Origin: Chromera velia
Taxonomy: Eukaryota
Direction of reading: 5' to 3'
DNA length: 56,541 nt
Assembly (NCBI GenBank): GCA_018398765.1
Contig: JAHBMJ010000073.1
Location: 1 to 56,541, forward strand
The notes under the pieces: model-generated
The model's database searches: none
What the model saw: only the letters and a program-made list of their open reading frames with translations
Told to the model about the DNA's origin: nothing
In this document: in pieces, positions 22,886 to 34,337 of the stretch
Numbering within the stretch: position 1 is the first letter of the stretch
Layout: every line of letters begins with the position of its first letter
Made by a program: the position numbers and the translations under genes

Positions 22886-24120
22886 TCACAAATCTTGGGT
22901 CCACCACTCTGTTTTCAGGTTTGCAGGGAGAAGGTATTGCACACCCTTTCTAACCACGTCAATGGGGTTCAGCTTTGCTGCAATCCATCCGTCCATCCAC
23001 CACATTTTCCATTTGATTTGCGCAATTGAAAAGACGGACCCCTTGGTTGTTCTCAGCATGGCCATCTGTCCCTTTGCAGCCTCCCACCTAGCACAGAATG
23101 AGAACAACCAACAAATACCGCTGTACGACTTATTTCTGCAGACCTCCTCAGCGCTCAGTCGCGCCACGACCTGATGGTTGAGGAAACCTGGGCCGAACTC
23201 GATCCACCTGTTACCAAAGTACATCGCGGCTTTCCCAACGCCCCACCTAATGATCGCAGGATGATAGGGAATACTCTCGGTGACTGCACATCCCGTGTAC
23301 CCTCTGCACTTGCAGGCATCCTGACGATCAAACTCGACGTCGGCGTCTTTCGAGACCAGGCCCGAATAACCAACGCTCGGAATGGTTGCGGGCATACAGC
23401 GCAAACCGTGGAATGCATCCCAGTTGTCTAACAAACAGTCAGAAAGGTACCCGGGAGTCAACATATTGGCAATCCAGGTGAAGTCTTGCATTACAGACAG
23501 CATCATGTCTTTCCGAGTTCCTCCATCTTTGAAGTCTCTCTTCAAGTGCCTCTTTTTCTGCTCCCATTTTTCTTTCACGAACTCGTCCGTGACATTGAAG
23601 GGAACAAGACGTTTTCGCAGGCCCTTAATCCAGGTGTCCATCTGTACTTTCAAACTCTCTCTCTTGTTATTCAGCGCACTTTGGGAAAAGTCAACCACCC
23701 TTTTCTGAAGCCACAGGCTCTCGAGGTTTCCCTTCATTTGATTCACCATCCTTTCTCTGATTTCCTCAGGCGTCCATCCATCATACTCATCCGTCTCCTC
23801 TGACACGTTGTCTGCGTCTCCGCCTCCGCCCTCTTTCACATCCCCTCCCTCACCCTGTCCCTCAGGAGGGGATTCTAAGTCCAAGTCCGAGTCGTCGGAG
23901 TCAGACGCAGAGTCTGGAGCATCATCGGAGTCTCCGTCTCCGTCTCCGTCTCCCTCGGAGTCGTCTCCCGTCTCTTGCAGGAAACCGATTCCAGCGGCAG
24001 TCACGTTCTTCTTTTCTCCTGAGAGGGTGAGGTCTAACAGAATCGCAACGTGAGGCCACTCACTATTGAAAAAGCCCTCGGTTTTCCTGCATTCATCGAC
24101 ATGCACGCACTTACTCTCTC

Positions 24121-24204
<84 letters not shown>

Positions 24205-25212
24205 GCAAAAAATGCGTCAGATGCTTCTTTTCAAAGACACTTTATCGGCCGCAGAACAGGCAAGCTGCTGTCCGTGTCTGATTCTCACTGAAATCCCACA
24301 CATGCACACAAACGCCCCACTCCAAAAACCATGCAGACCCGGCCTTCCCCCAGAGTCTCTCTTTTTGCCTGCGTACAGGTGTTGCCAGACGTCGCGGTGG
24401 GCGTGCCCATGTATCAAACAGGCGCATCCTTTTACTTGCCCGGTAAGCTGGAGCCTCCGCCATATACTGTATGCCGCTATACGCACATTTTCTATTACAA
24501 TCTCTTTCACGCCTGCTGATGAGCCCACACTATGGCTCTCACTCACGTTCTCTCTATATAGGCAAAGAAAACGTCAAACCGCGACACATCTCAAAGAGAG
24601 AAAAAAACACTTCAAACGTATTCTCCCACGTCCTTTTTCTGATTATTCCCTTACAATCTCGTCAGCCTGCATTTCCTTTCTGTACTCCGAATCCGATTCC
24701 TCCACGCAGAGACTGAAGCCTTTTTTATCTCCGTGCTTTGCAAGCTAGAAATTGCTTTTCTCAGACCCCAACATACAAAAATCCATTTTTTTCCCAGTGA
24801 CTGACGATCTCATGCACTTGTCGAACTGTTCCTTTCCTGCCGTTGCCCTGTGAACAGCCAAACAACCGGAGTCAGCGTAGTCCTCCCAGTCCTTCTCTGT
24901 GGCGCTGTCGGCATTCTGAAAGGCCGCGTATTCTCGGCACTCCTTCTTCCCTCCACTCACGTGACCCACAGTGATCCACCTGTGGGAGAGTCCGGAAGTC
25001 CCGGACCCCGCGTTGGCGTCACATTCTGCAGATAGAGAATCCTTGGCTTCGAACTTCTTCAGAGACTCCACCGTGCGTGCGTCATCGAATACGGCACAGG
25101 GGCGGTTGAACGTCTCGAGAGGGTCTTCGATCGAACTCTTGCCTGTCTTTGTCAGAGCGTGGCCCGAAGCGACTCCCGGGAAGAGAGAGAGAAGAAGGAG
25201 ACGGTTCGTCAT
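22886..25212 (-). CDS. Secreted Cys-rich protein of unknown function with acidic insert; in-frame TAG at 24747-24745 (probable pseudogene)
   Basis: Signal peptide MTNRLLLLSLFPGVASG; exon 1 25212-24655 ends at GTAAGG; candidate micro-exon 24553-24547; exon from 24512; long terminal exon from about 24087 to 22886. One junction phase unresolved. Confidence 0.6.
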
Positions 25213-25375
25213 TTTACTTTACGAAAGCAACAGTTGCTGGACTTGATGTGCTTGTAGATACATACGTGTCTTAAAGCTGCGTGCACTTGTCATGCGAAGA
25301 AGAACTGTGGTTTTCCGTCTGCTCATGCATTCGGATGCAAAGGATCGTCGCATTGAAGTAACACAATGCATCATG

Positions 25376-25408
<33 letters not shown>

Positions 25409-25829
25409 GATGATTTGTTGCAAATTGCCATTTGTTGAAATATTAAATTGGGGGTATTAAAAAGAAAAAAATGTAACGAAGTTCCTGGAAGTCGCTCGTC
25501 ACGCGCGCGCGTATTTCGAAAAATATCGACGCGCGGTGATATTCGATCAACGCATGCAATTCATCATTCATGCAAGGCTGCACTCGAGCGTCGGAGTGAA
25601 CTTGAACAAACACACTCTGTCAGAGAGAGTGCAGATCCAAGTTTCATTCATGCCTTGCCTTGATCATCGATGTCCCTCCGTTCTACTCTAGATCTGGCCC
25701 GTCTTCCTGTGAGGAATCGGCCTTGAATCGTAGGGCGCTTTTACACCGTCTCCTCACTTCTAGCCGTCTCCTTTCATCCCGAGCCGTCTCCTCCATCTGC
25801 CAACGTCTTCCTGAGCTCTTGGTGTATGC

Positions 25830-26657
25830 ATGTGGCTGCTTTTGGGGGTTATCGTCATGATGACCCCAGGCTCGGATGCCCTTGTACTGCAGCACCAGCC
25901 CCGGGCCGAGCTAAGAGGGAACAATGTCCTCTACACGCGATGCGCCAAAGTGCCGGAGGACCAGTTTGGGTCCCCCAAGTTGGAGGGACTGGTGAGCAGG
26001 ATGACCGACGTCATGCACGAAACTGCAGGGATTGGTATTGCAGCGAATCAATGCCACATGCCTCTGCAAGTGTTCGTGATCGAATTTGAAGCCTCCAACC
26101 CTCGCTACGCTGGTCTGGGCTTTGCAGACGTCCCTCTTCAGATTTTTGTCAACCCTCGGATTGTGAGTGCTTCCCCGGAGTGCAGATCTTTCTGGCACGG
26201 GTGCTTAAGTTGTCAAGGTGAGAAAAGGGGAGAGGTGATCACTTACGAGAAGATAGGAGTTGAGTACAGAACAGTCGAGGGAATCCAACGAGAGGAGGAA
26301 TTGTCGGGTATGGCTGCGGTGATCTTCCAACATGAACTTCGCCATCTTCTCGGGGGAACTTATCTCGACAGGGCCGTCTCTGACCGTCTCGTGAGTCTGG
26401 AGAATCTGGTTGAAGCTTTCAACTCAGGAAAGGAAACTCGTAGTCGCGTGTTATCCTCTTGTGAAGAAGCGGAAGGGGAAGAAAAGAAGACTGGGGAAAA
26501 TGAGTCAAAAAGCCAGAACGGTCTCCCGCACTTGATTGGAGATTACAAAATTGGGGAGACTCTAGAGGAGTTTTATGAACGCACAGGGGTACCTGAGAGT
26601 GAACAGAAATGGATATGGACGACAGAAGAAGAAAACACGAAATTGGGTGGGACCTAG
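25830..26657 (+). CDS. def: Peptide deformylase, atypical motifs, single exon, hydrophobic N-terminus
   Basis: GIGIAANQ (motif 1), HGCLS (canonical EGCLS), QHELRHLLG (canonical QHExDHLxG), INP-like VNP. Confidence 0.92.
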   Translation: MWLLLGVIVMMTPGSDALVLQHQPRAELRGNNVLYTRCAKVPEDQFGSPKLEGLVSRMTDVMHETAGIGIAANQCHMPLQVFVIEFEASNPRYAGLGFADVPLQIFVNPRIVSASPECRSFWHGCLSCQGEKRGEVITYEKIGVEYRTVEGIQREEELSGMAAVIFQHELRHLLGGTYLDRAVSDRLVSLENLVEAFNSGKETRSRVLSSCEEAEGEEKKTGENESKSQNGLPHLIGDYKIGETLEEFYERTGVPESEQKWIWTTEEENTKLGGT

Positions 26658-26892
26658 CTGAAAGAATTCTCACAGTTGAGCGTGGAAGGAGCAATTCAGC
26701 GTCGGTTTGAGAGAGACAGATGTTGCACAGGGACGAATCAATTGCCTGCCTGTCTGTCTGTCTTTTTGGATGCATGGACTCAACACAATTCATTTGAGCT
26801 TTATTCTGACGATTCAATGCGGTGTTCAAATGGGTTCCTTCTTGCACGCAATGACAACTACCTCGTCTTGATAACTGAGCATCCGGGCCTGA

Positions 26893-27022
26893 CTGCCTGC
26901 CTGCCTGCTTGCCTGTCTGTCTGTCTGTCTGTCTGTCTGTGTGTCTGTTTGTCTGTTTGTCTGTTTGTCTGTCTGTCTGTCTGTGTCTGTTTGTCTGTCT
27001 GTCTGTCTATCTGTTTCTGTTG

Positions 27023-27060
<38 letters not shown>

Positions 27061-27085
27061 GTCTGTTTGTCTGTCTGTCTGTCTG

Positions 27086-27124
<39 letters not shown>

Positions 27125-27132
27125 TTCTGTTG

Positions 27133-27163
<31 letters not shown>
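26893..27163. repeat. (TCTG)n microsatellite
   Basis: Direct reading. Confidence 0.95.
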
Positions 27164-27164
<1 letters not shown>

Positions 27165-27845
27165 TGAATGGTACTAGGAATAGTACCAGGAAGAGTCGAC
27201 GTCAGTCGTGGCCCTCGTGGGTGCAGCATACACTATATAGGACCGGTTAAAGTTAAGTAGGACTCGAGTCACTTGACAAATAATTCTTAAATGTCTCATA
27301 TACAAAAAAAATGTTTAAAAAACATACATAATAAAAAAATATAAGTGTAAAACTATGTACTATAGAATATTGATTTGATCACTTTGTTTTTACTACTACT
27401 AGCTTTATTTTCTGGCTTTATTTTCTAAATCTTTACAAAAAAATCCATTCTTATGTATTCTTGAATCTTTATAGATTAGAAAAATGATTGTTCTCATTGG
27501 AACAACTTTTGTAAGTTTGTGTCTGTTTAATAATACTTAATACTTATTTTAAGGTTCAAGTGTTGCACAACTGTTGCTAGAACTGTTGTTGACTGCATGT
27601 TGTTTAAAAAATAAATATATTATTTTTTTCTCTAGTTTTTTCTTTGATAGCTAGTTTACTAGTTTGATAACTTTGATCATAAAATTTTCAGGTTATGTAT
27701 AAGCAACTTTATAGTACTTCATAGTTTAGGAAAATATTTAATACATTCTGAAACCACCAATCTTTTGAAGCTGGGGTTTAATATTAAATCATAAAGCAGT
27801 GTAAATTGCTTTAAAACTATAGCTCCAGAATTAAGTAACTAGCTA

Positions 27846-28190
27846 GGTGTGATCTGTAAAGTTTTAAAGTGAAATAAAGTTTAAAGTCTGGTTTGAGTCT
27901 GTAGACTCTAAAATATAACTTTTGAAACACATTTTAAAAGTTTTTTGTCATACATTTAAAAATGTTTTAAAAGACTAAACTTTGAGTTAATTAACAATCC
28001 TAAACTGCAAATCAATGTGCTAGTCAATATGTTTAAGCTTTTTACTCTTAAAGACATAGCGGGAAGGCCCTAGGGCGGAACATATCAATCAATCAATCAA
28101 TCAAAGTTTCAAAACTAGAAAAGTTTCAAAGTTTAAAGTTTAAAATCTATGGTCAGACTTTATTATAAAAATAACTTTACAGATCACACC
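27846..28190. mobile_element. MITE-like element (345 bp) with TA flanks
   Basis: Perfect 21-bp inverted repeat CTAGGTGTGATCTGTAAAGTT (27843-27863) and AACTTTACAGATCACACCTAG (28173-28193); internal AAAGTTT motifs in opposite orientations. Confidence 0.8.
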
Positions 28191-30600
28191 TAGATCACTA
28201 TAGGCACACAGTAGTAAGTTAGATGCAGGCTCCAGTGCAGACCGATAATGACTCATATAAGCTATATATCTACTAAACAATTTATCACGAAACATTACAC
28301 TTCATCGTTCATTTAGTGCAAAATTCATGCAGTTCATCAATCCAGATGTGATCATGGATGCGTACAGCTGCAGGACCCAGGCCGTCTCTCTTCTCTCTTT
28401 TTTTTCAAGTTGCCTTTCACTTCTCCGTTGAGTGATCAACCCTGCAGCTATAGACCAAAAGGACCATTGGGTGTCAGTGGGACAGTCACTGACTATACAA
28501 TCTTGAATCTTGTCATCGCACTGAGATGCATGAGCGGCATGCAACGCCGGCTGGGCACGATCGATCGGTTTTTTCGATCCTTCTGTGTTCGTGCGTCGGT
28601 GATGCATCTGCACGCCTTCACTTGCGCCGACCAACCGATGGAGCGCACGCACGCGCATGAAAGGAATCTGATTACTTCCGCATGTGAGCAAGGACAAGCA
28701 GGTTCCTGAATGTGACACAGTGTCTGCATGTCGCCCTTTTCCTTTCCTAAGCACTTCTGGTCAGGCGAGACTCAGATGCATGTTTATTTGAAGACGAACG
28801 AACAGAGAGTTGAGAATATAAAAACTCCTCGACCTTTCCTTCGTCTTGTCTCGCTTTCTTCTTCTTGCTCGCAAAAACCATAAATCCATCACATTCTCTC
28901 TCAAACTGTCTATGCATGCACGTACCTGGATTACACAAAACTCACTGTCTCGATCATCTGCACCTCCCTTCCGTAAGCAGACTAGCCGGCCGAGTCTGCC
29001 TCACAAGCAGTCTCTGACGATTTCTTTTCTACGCACATCCTTCTTCATTCCTCTCTTTCATTTACACCTTGCATCACCAGCAAACACACAAACAAGACAG
29101 AGAGACAAACAGACAGGCAGGCAGGCAGAGAGAGAGAAAAAACACACATCAAAGAAAGCCAACACCCAGAACGCTCGCTGATGAAAGAAAAGAGATCGCG
29201 TCCTTCAGCAGGAGCGAGGCGAGACGACTTCAAGGAAGGATGGGAATACACGGATAGACAGGCGACACCGTTTCGCTGCCTAGCTCAACAAATAGGTGGT
29301 GGGACAGAAAGCATACCTACCACCCGGCTCGCCCCTTCTTCCCCCCACTCTTTCTTTCAGTTGAACAAACTTCACTTGCCTGCCCGCCCGCCTGTCCGTC
29401 TACTCATTCTTGCTTTGCACACCTCTCTCTGGCTCTTTCGGGCATCCTGCCCTCCCCTTGCTTAGTTATGTCTTTCATCATCGTACACCCATCTCTGCTT
29501 CCTCAACGTTCTACTGAGAGATCGATGTGCATGACTACTAAACCGACCGGTCAACCGCACAGTCAGTGTGTCAGGTCAGAAAGGAAGTAAGGAAAGAAGG
29601 AGGCAGACCTCTCTTGTCCCCCACCGACGAGAGAGATAGAGCCCTTCTCTTTTCTTCTCTTCGCTTCATTCTCTCGTGCGCTCCCACCCAGTCGACTAGT
29701 CACCCGCCAGTCATCGCTGTGCATCCCGTGAGCACGTCGCTTCCCCAACCAGACACACCAGCTCTGGGAAGGGGAACGAGTGTGCAGAATGCGACTAGAC
29801 AGACTGACTGCAATACAGCTGCCTGCTCGCTTGAACTCTTTTCGTCTTCTGGCTAGCTAGCTGGCACTTGCAGCATCGCCGCGAGAGACGGGCCCATGGA
29901 CAGGCGGGGACGCAAACAACGAAAGAAGAAAGGAAAGACGAACCAACGAACGAACGAACGAACGACGGAAGGATCGACCAGCGTCGGAAGGACGCAGCTT
30001 GGGGAAGGGAACCGTGGGAGAAACACAACAAACAGACGCAACGATCGATTCACTCTCTCACATGCATCTTTGTCTTTTCCTGTAGTATGCGTTCGCATAC
30101 GTACTTAGTTTCTCGAAAAAGAAATGAGCGCCAAAGAAAAAAAAACAAAAAAAATGTGTGCACGCATCTAAGAAAGAAAGAAAGAAGAATAACAAGCAGG
30201 CAAGCGGAGCACCCAGCAGCTTTCATGACATGCTACCGTGGCACCGCTTGATCCACCGAGAGTGAATTTCAGCAAAAAGACAAACCAGCCCTAGTTTTTG
30301 AGCACATTTTCAGACTTGGAAAAAGAAAAGAAAATAAAGCAGAGCACTGCCCCCCTCCCGGTCCATCTTCAATTTTTGACTGCAGGACTGGGAGTCAACT
30401 TACAATCAATCAGCTCACCGACGGCAACAACTACACAGGAAAGGAAAGGAAAGGAACCGAACGATTGGTGTACCTCTCAAGCATTTTCTTGTTTTCCCCA
30501 TGGCTTTTCTTTTGTCCGCCTGAGTACAGATACAGAAGAAACATCCTGATCTACTTGTTTTCCGTTTCAATCTACCTTCACATTTCGCATTTAGCTGAGC

Positions 30601-30759
30601 GCTTGCAGCCAGCGGCCTTGATCACGGCCTTTCTTTCCTTGTTTCCCCTGCTTCCATTTGTCTCTCAGGCAACTCCAACGCTTGCAGCCAGCGGCCTTGA
30701 TCACGGCCTTTCTTTCCTTGTTTCCCCTTCTTCCATTTGTCTCTCAGGCAACTCCAACG
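30601..30759. repeat. 79-bp tandem duplication (2 copies)
   Basis: GCTTGCAGCCAGCGGCCTTGATC...GGCAACTCCAAC starts at 30601 and 30680; one mismatch. Confidence 0.92.
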
Positions 30760-33700
30760 ATTCCTTTCTGCTTCTACTGTTCTCTGTCTTTCCTCTTTTC
30801 GTATGTCGACACACTTCAATTCCTCCCTCCCTCCTCCCTACGTAAACCTCTTTATTCTTCGATGTCTCGCTGTCTGCGTGACTACTACTACTAGGCATGG
30901 GGGCGCTGTATGTGCGGCATGGTTGCTTGCTGGATTGCATTTCCTTTCCCTTCGATCGTGCAGCCTCCTCCTCCTCCTGCTCATCTCTGTCATCTCTCCT
31001 CTCTCGCAACTAGGAGGAAGAACGGGCAGAGAGAGAGAGAAAGAGAGAAACAGACAGACAGACAGACGAGAGACGAAACACAAAACCTACACCACAAGAC
31101 ACCACCTTCCTTTTCTTCTCCCGAACACCTGACGTCTTGCCCACCAAGTCACTCCCTCACTCTTCTGCTGACTCTGTTGAATCCCTTTGTTTTGTTCGTC
31201 ACTACTGTCTCCTTATACAGGCAGGCCCTTACCTGTGTCCCTCCCTCCCGCTTTCTTCGTCGCTTTTCTGCTCTTCAGATAGTCAGTCAGTCATGGGAGG
31301 AGGGTCGCACAGTTGAGATTGGATGAGATGAGAAGAAAAGATACTGACGCACGAACTCGCACGAACGCAGTTTAAAAAGACGTTGCACGCACAAGACATC
31401 CATGAATACTATGCAGAAAGACATTCACCAACAGAGGGGATCGCTCGACTGCCTGCTTCTCTCTTTCTCTCAACATCGGCACAGACCAGAAGGAGGAATC
31501 TTGAAGGGCAAAGGGATCTCTCTCAAATTTCTTTCAGCTTGATTGAGCAGCAAGACTGAAGTTATCATGCGAGTGCTTGGTGAGTTTCAGATTTCTTTCT
31601 GTGTTGTCTTCTCCTCCTGTCAAGGCAACGGCGTTGTGTTTAGGTTCTTTTGCAGACAGAGAAACGACGCTTTTCAATTGAGGCTAGGCGCAAAAGCAGG
31701 CTCGGTCGTGGCTTCTCTCTTTTGTTTGTGTATGCTTGGCGAAGGAGAGAAAGGGGCAGAGAGAGAGGGAGAGAGAGAAAGGCACTCATGAGGGAGGAAA
31801 GCTGGTTGGAGGAAAGGAAAGGAAAGGAAAGGAAAGGAAGGGGGGGCAGAAGAGAGGAAGAGAAAGAGAAAGCAAGGGCAGTCAGGAAAGGAAAGAAGAC
31901 AAAGAAGGCAAAACAACACAAGAAGAGCGCTGATGCAAAGGAAAGGAAAGGAAAGGAAAGGAAAGGGGAGAGAGGGGGTCTCTCTCTTTATCTCTCGCTT
32001 GTTCTTTCTTGTCAGAGAGCCACACGGCCATCTTGCGTGCGTTCGGAAGGAAGCCTGCATGAGTCCTCCCTCCAGGGGAAGATACGAAGTCAAAACAGGT
32101 CCAGACTTGAAGGGAGGAAGAATAAGAAAGCTCAATAAGAAAGATGAACGAACGAACGTTCGGAAGGAATGAAAAAGAGAAGATGAAAAAAGAAGGAAGG
32201 AAAGGGATTGATCCAACTAAGAGTGCCCAGACAGACTGCAAAGAAAGAAGGAAACAAGGCAGAGAGAGCGCTTTGCTTCACTTTGCTTCGCTTTCGTGGT
32301 TAAATCAGCTGCTTGCTTTCTCGTTTTTGTCCTTTTTACCATAGGGTTTGTCTTTGTTTCCTTTCTGCGCATTGTTTGTGTACGTATGAGATTCTCCTTT
32401 CCGTTTTCATTTCTGCTTCCTAAATAAAGAGTCGGGAAAGAAGACAGACAATCGCTCTCTCTCACTCACTCAGCTTGCTGCATCGTTTTCTTTCGATCTG
32501 TCCCTTTCGTTGCTTGCGGGCGGGCAAGGGAGATAAGATGAGAGTCGCGTTGGCTTTTCCCCATACGGTACAGACAGATAAGATGAGAGCCGGGAAGCTC
32601 TGTGAATCCCTTCGTTCAAAAAGGGGGGTAGCGTGGAGGGGGGTGGAAGGAGAAGGAGAAGAAAGGACTTGCAAGACGGGGCCAAGGAGAAAGGGGCAGA
32701 ATTTTAAAAAGGCAAGCACTGATCAGATCATGTATCCAAAACATTCAGACAGGGAGAGACATGAAGGCAGGTGAGTAAACTTTTACTGCTGCCATTAAAA
32801 AGACTCTCGCTTGTTCGTGCATGCACGCAAACTCCCCACACATTCAAATACATTCGATCAGCCTTTTATTCCTTCGCCAGGCCACTTACTCTCTTCTTTC
32901 CCTTGTGCCAAACAAACAAGCATCGAAGTCCCCCTTTCTCTCTTCAAGTAGGGGCAAAGACTTCTTCTGTCCATACGTTTGTTGTCTTTCTGTTAGCATA
33001 AATGTTCGTTCAAGTTCCGTGCAAGGTCTCTCTCTACTCAGGCAGGCAGGGAGGAGGTAGAAGGAAGATAGATAGAACTCTCATCTCCCTCTCTTTCTTC
33101 CAACACGTTTTTGCTGTGCACCTTTCATGTTGTCTCATGAGTTCGTTCGTACAGAGATTTTACAGAATCGAGAGAAGATTGTAACAGAAAAAGACAAACA
33201 CTGCTCACTTTCATGCACACATATGCAGATTGATCGACACACGCACGAGTTTTACATCCACAGGCAGCATCTCTGCCGGGGAAAGAATTTTTCTCCCTGG
33301 TTTGACCCGCCCTTTTACCCACCCCCTCGCTTTGTTCAGGGACAAACCTGTCATGTCAGTTTGGGCAATTGGCTGTTGACAGAAAGACCGACGCGAAGAA
33401 GGAAAACTTTCGTGACAGGAACCTGAAAGACGGTCGGGCACCTCCCTACACACCCCATGCAGCCCTTTTTTCCTTTCCCGTACTATCGCTCCGTCACTAC
33501 GTCTGTCTCTGTCCGTATCGAAATACAGGGCCACCCAGATGCCTCCCTCCCTCATAAGAAAACCGAACCCGGGGCTCCTTCTCTCTTCACTGCTGCTGCA
33601 TGTTGGGTAATTCGCTTTTCCCTCGTCCTCTCAGCGCGCCGTCGAGGCTGCAATGCAGCTCTGCAGGCCGATCGATCGATAGGATGGCTCAATGACTACA

Positions 33701-34306
33701 AAGCATGATCGACATACAGACTTCAGTCGTGTAGTCAGGCAGTGCAAAAGCGCAAAAATTTGGATGGCAAGTCAATTTTTCTCTCCCTCGTTGTTTCCTC
33801 ATTTTCCTTATGTCTTCAGTTTCCTGCCACAAAACTTTTGACCACCATATCTACTGACTTTTCTGTCTCTCCACACTTTTGATCTTTCTTCTTGCAGCTC
33901 AAAGCAGTCCGTCCCTTCGTTTTCTCTTTTTATTATTATTCCTTTTAGACACAAGCAAGCAAAGGAGAAAAGAAGCTGCCACCCCAGTGCAACTTCATCT
34001 TTCCTTCTCATCTTTCACAACACCCCACCACACCACCACTACAGTTTTGCAACCTTCCTTCATCCAGTCATTCACCCCGTTACTTACTTACTCACTCACT
34101 CACTCACTCCGTTTGTCTCCGGCTCGCTTTCACCGTCAGTCAGTCAGTTGGTCGGCTATCGGTCTCTCTATGCACGAATGCAGTTACGCACACCCCCAGG
34201 CATGGGAGTGCTTCAATTACTCGATCCATTCATCCATCCATCCGAAGATTGAAAGAACGAAAGAACGAACAACCGGTCAAAAAGACTTAATTGCACTAAG
34301 GCCGAC

Positions 34307-34337
<31 letters not shown>

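Noticed and set aside
15913..26657. Genome-wide TAG reassignment to Gln
   Set aside because: Only two internal TAGs; long exons of the intact genes use CAG/CAA and contain none, and decayed frames also show TAA/TGA. Mutation is simpler.
26658..27167. Readthrough extension of the deformylase
   Set aside because: The open frame after TAG runs into a TCTG microsatellite and is not protein-like.
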